This document shows, in pieces, positions 5,538-6,629 of a stretch of DNA of 6,629 nt. The position numbers were made by a program, and so were the translations under genes. Source of the DNA: Octopus sinensis (Eukaryota); assembly GCF_006345805.1 (NCBI RefSeq), contig NW_021829289.1, positions 1 to 6,629 of the forward strand, given 5' to 3'. The notes below the pieces were generated by a model, which saw only the letters and a program-made list of their open reading frames with translations, was not told where the DNA came from and searched no databases. How positions within the stretch are numbered: position 1 is the first letter of the stretch; the number at the start of each line of letters is the position of its first letter.

Positions 5538-6629
5538 CTTTCTTTTATTTGCCACACAGGGCTGAATACAGAGGGGACAAATACAAATGCAGAGCTTTTC
5601 TTTTCGAGGGTGGAAAAAAATAAAAAATGTAAGATTGCGATCAAAAGGGATCGAGAGGAGGAAGAAAAAGGAAAAAAAAGAAAATCGTGTATCACAGAAA
5701 TAATGGTGTAAACATTGATATAACAAGATTGGGTTCATCCGTGGGAAGAAAAGCCTACAGAAAGACCACGGGAACCCCAGTCAGGGAGGAATAAACACAT
5801 GAGGTCAAAAATGCTCTCTTTCTTTCTTTTTTACGATCTACAGGATCATGCTCAAAATGGTTTCGTTACTACGCACCGCACCATCTTTGCAAACATTCAC
5901 CCACTTCTCTTTTTTTGAATCTTTCGCGAGACAAAACTTCCCTCTCCATTCTAACCTCCTTCCTTTTCAAGTGGTACTTGAAAAAGTGATGAGCGATTGG
6001 CCAGAGAGGTAAGTGTTTGTCTCTAATCCTTTCGCTCGAGTCCACCACACACATTCTTTCACCATGCCACCAGTACGATGAAAACTGCCTTGCCTTCCCG
6101 GTTGAGGAAGGGGGCGGAGCAATTCTCACGATAGACTCGGCCGATAGGCGGATTCGTCCCACACGTGACAGCAGCCGTTCGGCATAAGCCCACAGTCGGA
6201 AATGGTTGGACATTGCACGAGTGCGTGCAGAACGGTTTCGTCGCGCTGACCGCATCTCGGGCAAGTCGGTCCAGTGTGTCTGGAACCGTGTCCGTAGAGC
6301 TTATCCCCGAACAGGTAATGCTTCTCGATAGCACTGCCAGGCCAGGGATCTTTGGTGATTGTTCATAGGTCCCGGCCCGAAAGTTGTCCTGAACAGGCGG
6401 GTCAGGTGTTCCTCGTCGACGCCCAGACTCTGCCCGAGTTCGTCGTCGCACCTCCCCCCACTAATCCTCTATAGAATGCCTTTGTTGTGATGGAGTCGCA
6501 CAAGTTCGATCCCGGACGGCAGAGTTGCTTGAGAGCAACACGACACTCGCGGTGCCATTCGCCTAGCCTCGGTCTCTGCTTGATCCATGACTGTAGTTCG
6601 TCCAAGGAAAACGAGCTGCGGGAAAGCGG
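5538..6629 (-). mobile_element. L1-clade (Tx1-like) LINE, 3' portion, continues beyond the window end
   Basis: Degraded ORF2 C-terminus (5838-6629) followed by a roughly 300-bp 3' UTR ending AAAAGAAAG, then TTATCTATC. Confidence 0.82.
5838..6629 (-). pseudogene. Frameshifted ORF2 C-terminus with CCHC zinc knuckle (zf-RVT-like region of L1/Tx1 elements)
   Basis: Reconstructed: ...QRSLAWQCYREALPVRDKLYGHGSRHTGPT-CPRCGQRDETVLHALVQC-PTISDLWAYAE...KECVWWTRAK...FFKYHLKRK...ILSMIL*. C-x2-C-x8-H-x4-C at 6263-6210. ORF-track entries 6402..6605, 6059..6451 and 5869..6264 are pieces of it. Confidence 0.85.

Noticed and set aside
106-5738. Most ORF-track entries (IYIY, HTHT, YLSI repeats, ORFs inside SINEs, 4854..5117, 5444..5695, 5481..5738)
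   Set aside because: They are stop-free frames through microsatellites, SINEs or low-complexity UTR, with no protein-like composition. The similarity among the MLGGQT ORFs is simply SINE A copy similarity.
6165-6368. Plus-strand ORF of 67 aa
   Set aside because: Antisense shadow of the GC-rich Tx1 ORF2.

Overview
AT-rich, microsatellite-dense eukaryotic DNA made almost entirely of nested transposable elements, with no host protein-coding gene I can support. The SINE types and the (TA)n/(GATA)n load resemble repeats I recall from octopus/cephalopod genomes; that taxonomic call is an inference from memory. Contents: four copies of a tRNA-derived, CORE-like SINE (family A); one copy of a second tRNA-derived SINE (family B) with a 13-bp TSD; 3' remnants of three LINE clades (RTE, CR1, L1/Tx1); two decayed copies of a palindromic foldback/MITE-like element (family C); and several long microsatellites. 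The most interesting object is at 2649-3138: a non-coding 360-bp unit present as about 1.36 tandem copies, packed with hairpins and carrying a complete type I hammerhead ribozyme fold whose core has the compensatory U3-A8 pair instead of C3-G8. This fits a non-LTR retrozyme or Penelope-derived non-autonomous element. Each SINE family also shares its 3' end with a LINE in the same window (A with CR1, B with Tx1). All alignments and folds were done by eye.
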